Origin: Asterias rubens
Taxonomy: Eukaryota
DNA: 64,000 nucleotides
Assembly (NCBI RefSeq): GCF_902459465.1
Contig: NC_047068.1
Location: 12,338,001 to 12,402,000 of the forward strand
Direction of reading: 5' to 3'
Shown: positions 1 to 12,761 of the stretch, one piece after another
How positions within the stretch are numbered: position 1 is the stretch's first letter
Layout of the letters: every line of letters starts with the position of its first letter
Position numbers and translations under genes: made by a program
Notes under the pieces: model-generated
Told to the model about the DNA's origin: nothing
The model's input: the letters and a program-made list of their open reading frames with translations, nothing else
The model's database searches: none

Positions 1-320
1 CAGTGTCTTTAATACGTGCCTACTTGCTGAGAAAACAGCTAAAAACTTTCACAGAAGTCCATATATATTAAATTTTGCTGATTTGTTTTCTTCCCCAAAC
101 TATATTTTGCTTCCACAATTTTCCACACACGGATATTCAAGTTAGTTATAGCCTGGTTCGAACTCAATTCAAACAAGTGGGATGAGAGTTTGACATCACG
201 AGTTACAGGCAAAATGAAACAGCTATAGTTAGAGTGTTTTGCCCTCAAACCTCCATTTTGTTTCCCTAATTTTCCACACACCGGTATTCAAGTCACTTAT
301 AGCCATAAGGTTGTATATAC

Positions 321-334
321 GCACTAGAGGGCGC
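321..334 (+). promoter_or_regulatory. Candidate CTCF-binding site
   Basis: gcactagagggcgc closely matches the CTCF core CCACYAGRGGGCRC. Motif match only. Confidence 0.35.
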
Positions 335-641
335 ACAAGCCTAGATACGCGGCTTGGTGTGCGGTCATTTTCTAAGTTGACAAAACAGCATCACATAGCG
401 TGTTTTTATCAACACACACGACGTGTATTTCACATTCAATGCGCGTACAAATTTCATGTTACAAAATGGCGCGCGTGTCTCCTTGCGGCCTCGTTGCGAT
501 TGTGCAAGCAGCATCACCAGTGTGCCCTCTACTCTATGCTTACAGCCTGGTTCAAACTCAATTCTAATAAATGGGTTTGTGAGTTTGATATTACAAATGA
601 CAGGCAACTGAAATTTGTATAAACTTCCCCCCAGAACCAAC

Positions 642-3600
642 CTATAAAACTATCGGCTTCGTCTACACCTCTTTCTCTCCTTGCAGCTGGCTCAATTTCA
701 GTTTCGTTCTCAACGACGGTTGGCAGGGAGGCAGCTTGGCGTAGCTTGAGGTCATCATCTGTAAGGTCAGAGGTCATGGGGTCAATCAGTACCGCCTGGT
801 CTTTTTTGACTTTGCGCCGTACGGGCTTTGGCGAGAAGTCAAAGAATACCTCGTCGTTGAGTTCGTCGGATAGCTGAGCAGAAAACAAAAGATGAATAAA
901 CATGAACACAGGAAAGATGATTACGGGTGGCTGCTAACAAAAAAACAAAGCCAGCAGTTTTGTTAGAATTGTTATATTTCTGGTAATGGAACAGAAGATG
1001 CATCGAATAATTATTTTATTTCATTTCCAAATCAGTGGCTACTCTTTGTGCTCAGAAAAATCCATGAATTTTTGCCGTGTTAATGGTAGGGTATGCTTTT
1101 AGTAATTACTCCACAAGTAAATGACCATAAAACTTACTTGGTAAGGAGCACTGAAGAGCTGTTGAAAGTATAACACATTGTGAGAAATGACTTCCTTTGT
1201 AGTAGTGTAGTTATAGAAAGTATGAATCTGAGAGAGGTATCAGGTATGAACCATATCTCAGGGATCTGACAGCACACAACTGTATGCAAGACAAGTTTTC
1301 TTTCTTTCATTATTTTCTTGCAACTATGATGACAAATTAAGCTCAAATTTTCATAGATTTGTTATTTTATGCATATGATGGGATACACCTAGTGAGGATA
1401 CTGGTTTTAGACAAAGCACCCAAAGTATACCCTGCCTTTAAGGTGCCGTCTATGGACCAGACACAACCGGAATCACTCCTTTTCCCTGATTGTTCTAGGG
1501 TTGAATGAAAAACCAGCCAGGGTCTCCAAAGGATTGAATTTCAGTGACGGCTATGGTGGTGTGTGTGTCACGTTGGAGAGAACCCCAGGGACTGGACACC
1601 TTTGGTAATCGTCAAAGACCAGAATTCTCACTTGGTGTATCTCAACACATGCAAAAACTAACAAATCTGTGAACATTTGGACTCAATTGGTCAACGAAGT
1701 AGCAAGAGAAATAGAGAAAGAAAAAACATCTTTTCAGATACCCAAAACAGACTTCAGGCATGATGTCTTTAATTATTTGAGTGAGAAACTTCAGAGTGAG
1801 CCATTTCTCACAATGTTTTATCCTATCAACAGCTCTCCCTAACTCGTTACCAAGTAGGTTCTTATGCTTTTTAACAATATAAACAAGACCACCCAGCAAG
1901 GTGGATATGTCCCCATTACAAGTCTTTATTATTACTATTATGAATGAATGAGTGTTGATGCTGATGATGGGCCGAAATTTGAGAACTTACTGCTCCGGGT
2001 GAAAAGAATTGCGTAGAATCCAAGTCGTCATCATCTTCGTAATCGACACACATACTGGCGGGCGCAAAGCTTCGACTGTGAAGTAGCGGCGGGCGCTGCT
2101 GTACTAGACAGTCATGACTCACACTCTGCTTGGGAGCGGTTTTGGGTTGCTGAAGAAAATCAGAAAAATCAAAGAAACCAATGTCAAGAGAAAAAATTCC
2201 GGAAAACAAACCGTAGAAACATTCTAAATGCGGATAAAACAAGCATCTGAAACATGTCTTTTTTAAATTGAGATTATTATTAATTTCTGAGACACGGCCA
2301 ATTACGTGCCGCCACTTCCCCTTCAACCAAACTTTACTCAACTTTTCAGACCGAGTTGACTTCGGACCGAGTAACAACCTCAATAAGCCATTTGCGAGTT
2401 AGATTTGAATATTGTCTGGTACAATTAAGACTTAGCAACTTCCAGTTTAGCAAACCCTGGTCCAATTGTGCCATACACATTCATTCAAAAGTGTGTATGG
2501 GTGTTCACCATCTTTACGTAACTAAGTAAAAGCTTGCCCTGTGGCAACTGTCTCTATTGTCTGAGGAATTCGAACCTGTGTGACCTTTGCATTGCTACAG
2601 CAGATGTCTTATTAATAATAATAATAATAACAGTATTTATAAAGCGCCAAATTGCCAAAGGATACAAGGCGCTGAGAAGGAAAGAAGAGGGAAAAGACAG
2701 AACAAAGATAAAGACGACCAGCTACGAAGAGGCAAAAAGGTGGGTTTTGAGAGCACGTTTGAAGGCTGGGACACTGTTAGAGCTTCTGGTTAGGGTAGGT
2801 AGAGAATTCCATAGTCGGGGAGCAGCAATTGAAAATGCCCTATCACCTGCAAGTTTATGGGTTTTGTGAACTGAAAGGTATTTACCAGTAGTAGAGCGAA
2901 GAGAGTAAGAAGATGTCTGGAGTGAAAGGAGAGAGGAGAGATAATCCGGGGCACAGTGATTGAGGGATTTATATGTGTGGACCATTGTATGGAATTGAAT
3001 GCGTTGGGCAACTGGATTAGGTTAGGTGCGAGTACCACAAGGATTTAAGAATTGTTAGTTTTGCATCGGTGATAAAGAACATATATTTTGTTTTTACCCT
3101 TACACCAATGGACTAGGTCCTGCATAGGGGCCAACTCAGTACATTCCAGAGTTCTGTTAAAAAAAACACTAGGCAAATCATTCAGTGGGATTTGGAGCTG
3201 TCCCTTTAATGTCAATTTGTCAAAAGCATTTGTTATTTATAGATTGAACATTAATTGCGTTAAGAGATTTAAAAGTCTCCCAGTGGCCAGGATTGATATT
3301 TGAAAAGGTTAACACTAGAGACGCGGCACGGGCCTTTTTTTGATATTGCTGCGTGTATGTGACATTCCGGAATCAATTATTATCTGGCGTTGACAAGCGA
3401 TTTCCAACATCAGTCTCTATAAATCCGAGAATGGCCGAGATGAATTGAGGTCAAGCACTGCGTCAAAGAGATAACTTCCTTCTTTAAAGGCACTGGACAC
3501 CTTCGGTAATTGTCATAGACTTTACGATTTTCCAATGGAAGTGCCCTTTGCAAAATGAAAATGGTCTTGCCCCCTCAAAGATGAAATTCCCGGCCTAGGA

Positions 3601-5162
3601 ATTGGGCTCCGTTGACCTGGTATTGGCCTCAGGTGCCCCTTCAAAAGTGTCTCATAGATTTTCCAAAGGTAGTGCCCTCTGCAAAATACAGAAAATAACC
3701 TTGCCCTCGCTAAGATGAAACTCCAGCCCAATTTTCCCAAAAGGGTATGGAATAACGTCTTATTGAATTGAATTAAATTGAATCTGCTATTTTCATTTCT
3801 CAAAAAAACTTCCCACACCGCACCCAGCCGATCGTCTTACCCTTACAGACTGTCGTAGGACATCCCATCCCATTTTGGCCACCGACTGCCTCTTGCTGCT
3901 CTGCCTCGTCAGCCGATGTGAGACCTGCTTCTGAAAGACACTGCTACCTGCCGTCACCGTGCTCATCTGGGAATTCAGTGGCTGGCGGGTGCCGTCAGTC
4001 TCGTCCGTCGCTGTTCGTGTTTTGGGTCTCGCTGATGTCAGAGGGAAAATAATTATGAATAATATAACTACCTCTCTGGTAATGAGATCGGAGACCTCAC
4101 AAGGATTACGGATGTTTAAAGCGAACAAACTCTTAAAGGGAAGGTATACGTCTGGTAATCACTCTTAAGATAAATGGCTGTACAAACTTACTTAGTTACA
4201 AGTACAGTAGCTTTCAATAGTGTAGAGCATTTTGAGAATCATTTCACTTTCAAGTAATATGGGTTTTTGTTTATCCCAAAAATAAATCCCAGAGAAAGGT
4301 TTCAGACAATAATGGTTTTTAGCTTATGTATTCCATTTACGGATTGCTCTCCCTGCATGCACATAATCACTCCGGTTTTTCATCAGAGATATCTCCAAAA
4401 CATGACCAATAAATTTAATAAACACGAACTGATATTTAAAAAAGGGGGGGGGGGAATTACATGTATAGCACTTAAACACACAAAATCTTGCTGAGCAGAA
4501 ACAGGTCACCAGCCAAAACACCCTGTTATGTACACTGTTTATGACTGGTTCCCTATATTGCCTAGCAGAACAAGTTCGCTACGCACAGACCTGTATGCTT
4601 CGTTCCCGAAAGGGCAAGGGGCGCCAAGGCATTTTTTCCTTGGTAAAGTGCACCTATAAGAAATGTCTAGTGGAGCATTTCAAGGACACCAAGGCAATGT
4701 CCAAGGGACATGGAGGAAATCGCCTGCGCGAAGTATCAGACCTGTAAGCGCCTTTAATAAACCCTTTAACAATTATAAATATTCTTACCCAATGGATCGA
4801 TGATGTGAGGAATAGAGGAGGGCACAAAAATCTTGCTTAGCAGAAACAGGTCACCAGCCAACAAACCATGTAATGCATTTTGTTTATGGCTGGTTCACTG
4901 TATAATTATTGCTTAGCACCATTGATTACCCTTTGACAAACTAAAAGTATTCTTACCCAATGGATCGATGATGTGAGGAATAGAGGAGGGCGTAACCGCC
5001 CCCATCGACATGAAGTCCCGCTCCACCTCATCCTCCAAGTGAGGTTTGACCCCGCCGTGGCGCCGACTCAGATGCCGCGACCTTCGAGACTGCCATCTTT
5101 TCTGGTCTTCCTTGGCGTTGTCGCCGACCCCAAAGAAGTTGGCCGTCACACTCTTGACACGA
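642..5162 (-). CDS. RHBDF1: Inactive rhomboid protein (iRhom, RHBDF1/2 ortholog): four shared cytoplasmic-domain exons; gene continues beyond the left edge
   Basis: Exons 5162-4957 (RVKSVTANFFGVG..KRWQSRRSRHLSRRHGGVK..HIIDPL), 4031-3847 (ARPK..KRQSVAKMGW), 2149-1991 (HSRSFAPASM..DDLDSTQFF) and 873-~642 (LSDELNDEVFFD). The donor of the last exon is uncertain (642 or 669). Phases chain correctly. The motifs resemble vertebrate iRhom (TADWFGVS, KIIDPLAR, RESVAKM, RSFTPAS, PDEVFE). Symbol chosen from synteny; an invertebrate would likely have one RHBDF1/2 co-ortholog. Confidence 0.88.
1084..1437. mobile_element. TTAA-flanked MITE, family A (Kolobok/T2-like)
   Basis: TTAA at 1080-1083 and 1438-1441; degenerate TIR (ggtagggtatgc / gtataccctgcct); body similar to the other family A copies. 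Confidence 0.65.
2612..3010 (-). mobile_element. L2/CR1-group LINE 3' fragment with (TTA)n tail
   Basis: APDYLSSLL..YSLRS..AGDRAFSIAAPRLWNSLP..FKRALKTHLF, followed by a 3' end gcgcc..ggcgctttataaa and (tta)n. Confidence 0.88.
4780..4823 (-). repeat. Exact 44-bp copy of the 3' end and splice donor of iRhom exon 5162-4957
   Basis: 4780-4823 is identical to 4948-4991 (tattcttacccaatggatcgatgatgtgaggaatagaggagggc). Confidence 0.95.
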
Positions 5163-5740
5163 CTGGGAAAGAAAGGAGAAGTGATGTTTGTGTTTAGATA
5201 TATGGTCTCTTTGATCATCAACTCTCTTTTTAAAGTGTAATATTCTTTTAAGAAAAGAATACAAAAACAAAAATTCTGGAAAAAAAAGATGCAAAGGTGA
5301 AGTTTGTTTATAGATATGTGGCCTCTTTGATCAACAACTCTCTTTTCAAAGTGTAATAATTCTATATCTATTTTTTTGAATTCATGAGCTCTATAGGTTT
5401 TAAGATACTTTATACTTTTTTTAACCAATAAACCAAACTGACCAAAAGTTTCAAACTATGGAAAACCATCTGTATTAATAATTAAAGTCTTTAAAAAAAA
5501 AACACCCCAAAACCCCATAGTTTCTGATTTACGCCGTCTAAACAGGAAATAGAGGAACTATTTACAGAACTAAACCGACGACACAATTGTCCTTGCTCGG
5601 CCCACTTTGCAGTCAGTAAAGGTCAACTCATTTCAGCCCTAACATTCCCCACCTTGACCGTAAACTTAAACGTACTTCATCACACGACTAACCCACAGGA
5701 AGCTCCCCGATTCCTTAAAGAAAGTTCCATGAGACAGATT

Positions 5741-5921
5741 TGCAGGCCTGTATGCTTCATTTTTAAAAGGGCAAGGGCACAAGGCATTTTCTCCTTGGTT
5801 AAAGGGCACCCTATGAGGAAATGTTAAATTTCAACTGGAGCATTTCAAAGGGGCAAGGCGTGAACCAGGGGGGAGGGGGGGACGGAGACAATTGCCTTCG
5901 TTGCCTCCGTGAAGTATCAGG
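5741..5921 (+). repeat. Dispersed ~170-bp repeat, family H (copies at 4586-4745, 47585-47750, 33155-33335 reversed; degenerate copies near 3.5-3.75, 20.0, 26.4, 32.3 and 53.6 kb)
   Basis: Recurrent caggcctgtatgcttc..agggcaagggcaccaaggcattttctccttgg..gggcaccctatgagg..ggagcatttcaaggg..ttgcctccgtgaagtatcagg. Confidence 0.8.
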
Positions 5922-6938
5922 TATGGATTTGGAAATGCTTGCCTTCCTTCACAGGAGGTGAAAAGTCGTACGACTCAAGAACCCCCCCCCCCCCCCCCCC
6001 CCCAAGGCAAAATCATCAACTCTTCTTTAATAACAGGAAATAGGATCTAATCGTTGTGGTTGGGCTGTTAATTGTCAGTGATTAGCTGATGCTACCTGAC
6101 TAACACAGCACACTTGCATGAGTCTTTTTTTACGTTGGAATTCTGCGCTTACGATCACCATTCTCTGCTTACAGGGTAGGCGCCACCTTTCAGTGGTACA
6201 TTGTAGCTGCATCAGTGAAGGTTATTTTTTTATACAAGTTGCTTTCCAAACAAGGCTAAAAATCAATCTTGGTAAGGGGCTACAAGAAAATATTTAAGAT
6301 GAAAATAGCTCAAGGGAACCAAAGGTAGGAATCGATATTCCTTTTAAACCAGTAGATTGTAGGGTGGAGGGAAACATGCATCAGGCAAGGGGTTCCAAAG
6401 ATGTAAGATCAGACAATCTTGCTTTACAATAAAATATCCGGGTGTTATTTTTCTACTTTCTGAAAGCAAAATCTCAATCAAATTTTCTGGGCACGGTCTA
6501 GAAATTGTTTGAGCTGAGCTCAAAAAACAAGCAAGGTTTGTTATCATTACATTTCCTTCTCGAGTGCTCAGCCCAGCCAACCTAATTATTGGCCGCCTAC
6601 CACTTACTGATCCAAAATGTTTGTTTTATATACAATAAAATACAGGTATGAATAATATTTTTCAAAATACTTGTAATAATATTTTTTTACATGGAGTTGT
6701 CTCCCCCCCCCCCTCCCCAAAGTATAACATTTTGATTGATGTTTATTTTGATTTTCAGGTGCTATTACAAGAACTAAAAAAATTCCATCAAATTCCATCA
6801 AATGCAAACCTTTTCTTTGCAAAAACCTCACTCCATTCCTTTCACGGGTGAGGGTCATTGCTGACCACAAAAACCTGAAACTGAGATCCAAATTTAGAAA
6901 ATGTACATAAAATGAGGGCAAGTCCATCTTTGGTAAGC

Positions 6939-7078
6939 CCAGGGGTCGATTTCACAAAGAGTTAGGACTAGTCCCTGGGAGAATATACAAATTGCATGGA
7001 TAGTCCTAAGTTAGGACGAGTAACTAGTCCTAACTCGAGATAAGACTAGTCCGAACTCTTTGTGAAATCCACCCCTGG
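6939..7078. mobile_element. Short palindromic MITE, family F (other copies at 9398-9558 and 27417-27538)
   Basis: TIR ccaggggtcgatttcacaaagagttaggactagtc / gactagtccgaactctttgtgaaatccacccctgg; three similar copies in the window. Confidence 0.8.
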
Positions 7079-7703
7079 AATTATAGATTGTCAAAAGCTT
7101 CTGGGAACATTATCCTCAGTTTCTGAGAATAAAGAGCATGATTTCTTCATGCAGTAACGCTTCTCAGATTCAAATTTAGGGGCATAAAAACTGATCTTTT
7201 TACCTAACCACTATAATTATACTAACTTCAAAGTGAAAATTCTCCAAATGCTTTGTACAAAAATCTGCTGAAGGCTTATAAACCAAAGGTTTTTATTCCC
7301 ATAAATGTTAAGAGTGATTACCAAGCTAGCAAGCGTCGTACATGTATACCTTCCCTTTAAACTAATGTGTGTGCATCTGTAAGGCTCTACGCTTGGACAA
7401 TGATGGAGTGATAGGCAATATTAGACTTGACATTCAAGCTCGAAAGGATGAAATCTACAGGGAGCATTAGGGAACGGCCGATAGGGCAGGATGGGGTGAG
7501 CTTTCATGGCATTCTTAGAGTCAGGGTTTCTGCTACTGGATTTAAATCTGATCAAAGATGTTTTGTCTGTATTTTTTTTCTTCTTTTCGGGAATCGTATT
7601 TTAAAAGTGAACCAAAGTTTGAAAATCTTTTTGAGTACAAGGGGTCAGGGTGGACTAGATTTAACCTTTATAGATAAAATTTGAAAGATATCAAATAGTC
7701 ATT

Positions 7704-8262
7704 TTGAAAGTCATCAGAAGGCGCCTTGCTATGGCAAGAACATCAGCTATCTCCTTGACTGACATCTGGAAGGACAGAGGGATCTCCAGAACTACCAAAA
7801 TTCGACTAATGAATGCTCTCGTCTTCCCAATAGCCACCTATGGGTCTGAAACGTGGGCTGTGGGTAAAGCAGACAGGAACAGGATCAACGCTTTTGAGAT
7901 GTGGTGCTGGAGACGAATGCTGAGAATATCATGGCAAGAGCACAAGACCAATGTTTTTGTTAGAAACCTGATAGGAGAAGATAGACCCACCTTGTCCTCA
8001 AAAATTAACAAAAACAAGCTTCAGTACTTTGGTCACATATCCAGAAGAGAGGGGGACAACCTTGAGAAGATCTTTATGCAAGGATGTGTTGCAGGTAGTC
8101 GCCGACGTGGCCGCAAAAACTTCATTGGACAGACGGAATCAAAGAACTCACGGGCTTATCAATAAACGTTGCTTATCGATCTGCACTGGATAGACAGAAG
8201 TGGAACTACATCATAAACAGGGTCACAAAGGGTCAGCCATGACTCATAGGACGACGACGAGT
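7704..8262 (+). mobile_element. 5'-truncated RTE-clade non-LTR retrotransposon (C-terminus of ORF plus short GAC-repeat tail)
   Basis: RRRLAMARTS..IWKDRGISRTTKIRLMNALVFPIATYGSETW..INAFEMWCWRRMLRISW..KLQYFGHISRR..GSRRRGR is a typical RTE C-terminus. There is a frameshift near 8120, and it ends in gacgacgacga. Confidence 0.9.
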
Positions 8263-10357
8263 CATTTTGATGGTTTTCTCAGTGAAACCTCTACCCCCAA
8301 TCACAACTTCATGGCTCTGCTTACCGTAAGCAAAGAATCAGCGCTCACGGAAGCAGATAACTCCATGCTTACGTCAAGTGTATTTCACATATGTTTGCAG
8401 GGAACTTTTGCTAATGTCTAAGTGGGTAGTCCACATTACTTGGCATTTTTTGCTTACACAGTTACCGGCAGAAATTCGGCACTTGCCCTCTTAGCAAGCA
8501 CAGAAAACAGCACTTAGCAAAGCCATGGTCCCTGTTCATGAATTAAATTTAAACAAATTAAAAAAACATGTACCGGTATAAACACAAGATAAAGTAATAG
8601 CTGTCGAAACTGCTTGCCAATGAAAAGGACCTGTCGTATAAATGCAAAAAAGGGTTAGTTTCCTGACGTTTGGATCCTAACAGAGTCATTCTCGAATCTC
8701 AAGTCTTTCTCGGAATCTTAACTCTTCTAGGGTCAAACCATCGCGCCATTAATTATTTTTTTGTAGAAATACTCATTGTACATGTATACATGTACAAGCA
8801 CAAACATACTACAATTTAACATGACCTGCTGTACAAATCAGGAAGCAATGCATTGCAATGTAGGAACAATTGGGAGGGAAATTTGTATCCATATTGACAT
8901 CTATAACTGGATCGCCAGCTGGCTCAAGTCCAGAACCATACGATTCCAAAGGAGGTCATCAGGTCGTCATGGTATTAAGTAACAGTCACAATTGGATTCC
9001 CATGGGATGAAAATTTTGGGAATATTAAATTAGTTGATGAAGCCTGATGGATTTTTTTGGGGGTAAATTCACAGAACAGCTGAACAATTTCCCTCACAAA
9101 ATTAATACAAATTTATGTGTACTTTTCCCTCAAGTGGCATTTTGTATGCTAACATTGTTATGTGTCCATTTTATAAACGGCAGTTTGAAAACAACTGATC
9201 AAGCAGTTGTCTCAACTTTATCAATCAACAACCGCTGTGTCAATAATGAATAAAAAGTGCTTGAGTTTGTCAAATACAAGATTTGCAAAGAGTTACTTGA
9301 TATTATCTGTTGCTCATTATTTTGGTGTCTTAGTAACCAAAAATGCACCTATGATTGTGGCTGTGCACATGTACAAGTAACCCATTCCGACACTACCCGG
9401 GGTGGATTTCACAAAGAGTTAAGACTAGTCTTATCTTAAGTTTCTTAAGTTAGGACGAGTCACTCGTCCTAACTTAGGACTAGCCTTAAGTTTTGAGTAT
9501 CTCCTAGGACTAGTCCTAAGTTAAGACTAGTCATAACCCTTTGTGAAAACCCACCCCGATCAATAACACTAACACCGTCTACTCAATAAGACCTACAGGT
9601 TTTAAATACCGTAGGGTATAATTTTTCAAAGTAATAGTCAAAGACCAGTATCCTCACTTGATGTATCCCTGGGAAAATTTTGACTCAAAACTTTTTTTTT
9701 CGAAGATGCAAGAAAATATTGAATGAAAAAAAAAAAAAAAAAACAATTAAATAGAATTGATGCTTTCAGATACCTTTCAAACGCTTTATGCCTGAAGGGC
9801 TTAGACATGATTTGTTATCTTGGGTGTATTCAGACATTTATTTGTGAATTTTTTCTCAATGTCATTCAAGAAGGTGGGGGGGGGGGGAGCAAGGATTCAG
9901 AGAGGGGGGTGGGTTATTGCAGTTTTGTCTCAACTGACACGACTGAAGGTTTTTCCCTCCACAATCGCAGTTAGATAATTTTTTACTGTAGAAATACATT
10001 GTAATCTCCATGGTTCATGCCTGTTGCATTTGAATGTAACTCAACAATAGGCGTTACATGTAGTTTTTATTTGAATATTTTGTTTGGTGAGGGTCAACTT
10101 TACAATTTATCATTGACCATGAAAATAGAAAGTATCCAATTACATCTTTTTCTACGGTGAATGCTTTTTGAGTAAATAATGGATCAACCTAGATTATTTT
10201 TCTGAATAACATTGAGCGTTCACAATCAATTTAACAAAACCACTACACGAGTGCTGTGGTAGTCCCTGTGTAAATAACCTGAACTGCGTGTTGAGTACTA
10301 TACACATATGCCCGTACACTGTTATTGCGAATAACTACTGTGTGAATGAGTGCTTAC

Positions 10358-10390
10358 CTGGATGACAGCGTAGTCGGTGTCATATCAATT
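10358..10390 (-). CDS. Candidate 33-nt symmetric (phase 2/2) cassette exon or very short first exon of iRhom (IDMTPTTLSS)
   Basis: Acceptor gctttttag at 10391 and strong donor CAG|gtaagc at 10357. The frame is open and contains an ATG at 10383. No homology support. Confidence 0.4.
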
Positions 10391-11189
10391 CTAAAAAGCA
10401 TTGATCATAGTGTTCACATGTACACACTGGGGTTTATAACTGATTTAGCGACTAGCATGCAGGACAAGGGCAAAATTTCATAGCGCTGCTTAACGGCCGA
10501 TTTTGTGCTTACTGCACGATTTCCATTTCACAGCACTGCTTACCATAAAAACACGGAGGCATGCTAATGATTTAGCAATACAAAAAAACCTACATGGTGA
10601 ATGCGCAAGATGGCCGCCTAATTTTCCTGCTAACCTGTGAAAGCTGTTTACACCTTAGCAAGTTATTCTGCTACAGTAAGCAAAAAATTTGCTTACCGTT
10701 AAGCAGCACTATGAAGTTGGGCCCAGTTATCTTGTTGTTTGAAAATGTTCACCAAAGAAATTTTAACAGTTTGTTTCAATGGTGTGTTTTCTCAAACGTG
10801 TAGTAATAAACCTATTTTAAAAAAACCACAGTGGTATCCTGTCCCAAAACACTTTACCCAGACACCACTAAAAGATGAGGTTTTTGATTTGAGAGAGCAA
10901 GGGAAGGAGGAAATAAATTCGGAAAAGGCAAAAGGCGATGTGGTTATAAAAAGAGGATGTGAACTATTACGCACTTCAGTAAATAGACAGAGTTCCCCCC
11001 CCCCCCTAGTTTCTCAAATGCGTCTGACCAGGCCCCTTTATAATAGAAAATAGATTGCATAAACAGAATCATGGGTGCATGAACGACCAATCGCTACAGT
11101 AGCTTGATTCGAGCACATCTGTGAGTCGAAAACAAGTAAGTTTGCATGGCTTTAAAAGGTTAAAGAAACCAGACAAGAAAGTGTGTAAC

Positions 11190-11696
11190 GTAAAAATTAG
11201 CTACAAAACAACAACACCAGCAGCAGAAACAACAACAGCAGCAGCAATACCAGTAGCAGTAGCAGCAATAACAACAACAAATTAAACAACAACNNNNNNN
11301 NNNNNNNNNNNNNNNNNNNNNNNNNNNNNNNNNNNNNNNNNNNNNNNNNNNNNNNNNNNNNNNNNNNNNNNNNNNNNNNNNNNNNNNNNNNNNNNNNNNN
11401 NNNNNNNNNNNNNNNNNNNNNNNNNNNNNNNNNNNNNNNNNNNNNNNNNNNNNNNNNNNNNNNNNNNNNNNNNNNNNNNNNNNNNNNNNNNNNNNNNNNN
11501 NNNNNNNNNNNNNNNNNNNNNNNNNNNNNNNNNNNNNNNNNNNNNNNNNNNNNNNNNNNNNNNNNNNNNNNNNNNNNNNNNNNNNNNNNNNNNNNNNNNN
11601 NNNNNNNNNNNNNNNNNNNNNNNNNNNNNNNNNNNNNNNNNNNNNNNNNNNNNNNNNNNNNNNNNNNNNNNNNNNNNNNNNNNNNNNNNNNNNNNN
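11190..11696. other. (CAA/CAG)n microsatellite running into a 403-N assembly gap (11294-11696)
   Basis: Directly visible. The ORFs spanning it are artefacts of the Ns. Confidence 0.97.
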
Positions 11697-12387
11697 GTAA
11701 CAAAAGGAGGACAATTATACATGTATGTTTCATTATTTCAAAACAATGGAGAGGTCAAAACTATTTGTTTTACTAATTTCTAAAAGTATTTTTAGAATTT
11801 CAGTACATGTAATTCACATCAGGTTTTGCCACCATGATCTGCTTTATACCCTGTAATTAATTTGAAAATCTGTGACAATTTATTTTGTTAACCTTACCAA
11901 TATTGTGCACACCCTTTACAATGCTTTTTGGCTAACTTTAATCAAACGTGACTTTATCTTGCAAAAAAAGGGTGGAGCAGTATTATGAATTCTATACAGA
12001 ATATTACAGAGTCTTGTTTAGTTTCCATGGGGCTGTAGCCTGTAGGCGTTGTTTGTTCTGTACTGCCCAGAAGTGTATCTGTACAAGCCTGACTACATTG
12101 CGATTTTAGAAGAAGATAAAAAACTGAGTAAAGATTTTTACGATAACTACTGACAATCCCTGCAGTAGCAAATCCAGTGCGTTGAGTTGACTACTACATC
12201 CAAATGAATCAATGTGCGTTAAATCACTCAGTCGTGAGATCATGGCCACGACGGAGGAAATAATTGGCTCGTAAGAGGAGGGGATGTAGACAAGAATGTT
12301 GGCCGGGAGGGGAATAGGATACGTACATTGATTGGGAGAGGAAGACTGAAGGCGGTGAAGGAGTCAAACCGATGAGATGATCATTAA

Positions 12388-12761
12388 AGGCACTGGACAC
12401 TAGTTTGGTAATTACTCAAAATAATTGTTAGCAAAAAAAACATACTTAGCAATGGAGAGCTGCTGATAGTATAAAAGATTGTGGGAAACAGCTCCCTTTG
12501 AAGTACAATGTAACATAGTTTTTGAGAACGAGGTAATCTCTCACTTAATAATAATATACTTCAGGCCAGAAGCCTTTTTTTTCGCGTATAAATGCACACA
12601 AATTTGTGCAACAAGGGTGTTTTGTCTTTCCTTTTTCTCTTGCAACTTCGATTAACCAATTGAGTTCAAGTTTTCACAGGTTCGCTATTGTATGCATATG
12701 TTGAGATACACCAAGTGAGAATATACTGGTCTTTGACAATTTCCAAAGGTGTCTAGTGCCT
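12388..12761. mobile_element. TTAA-flanked MITE, family A (Kolobok/T2-like)
   Basis: TTAA|aggcactggacac ... gtgtctagtgcct|TTAA. AGG termini with a TTAA target duplication are characteristic of Kolobok-derived T2-type MITEs. Confidence 0.85.

Noticed and set aside
365-640. 91-aa minus-strand ORF with an acceptor at ~608 as the next iRhom exon
   Set aside because: The peptide lacks the expected iRhom motifs (GLGMVG, RPFFTYW) and overlaps local repeats; the next true exon probably lies outside the window.
8323-8366. Minus-strand ATG..ACG|gtaagc mini-exon (MELSASVSADSLLT)
   Set aside because: It ends in phase 0, incompatible with the phase-2 iRhom exon at 5162, and no bridging exon was found. 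The same applies to candidates near 6175 and 15255.
11160-11733. Long ORFs of 146-184 aa
   Set aside because: Artefacts of the 403-N gap and the flanking CAA/CAG microsatellite.
12231-12270. Plus-strand exon-like stretch (cag|..ATGGCCACGACGGAGG..CTC|gtaaga)
   Set aside because: No downstream partner exons or homology; a single short match is expected by chance.
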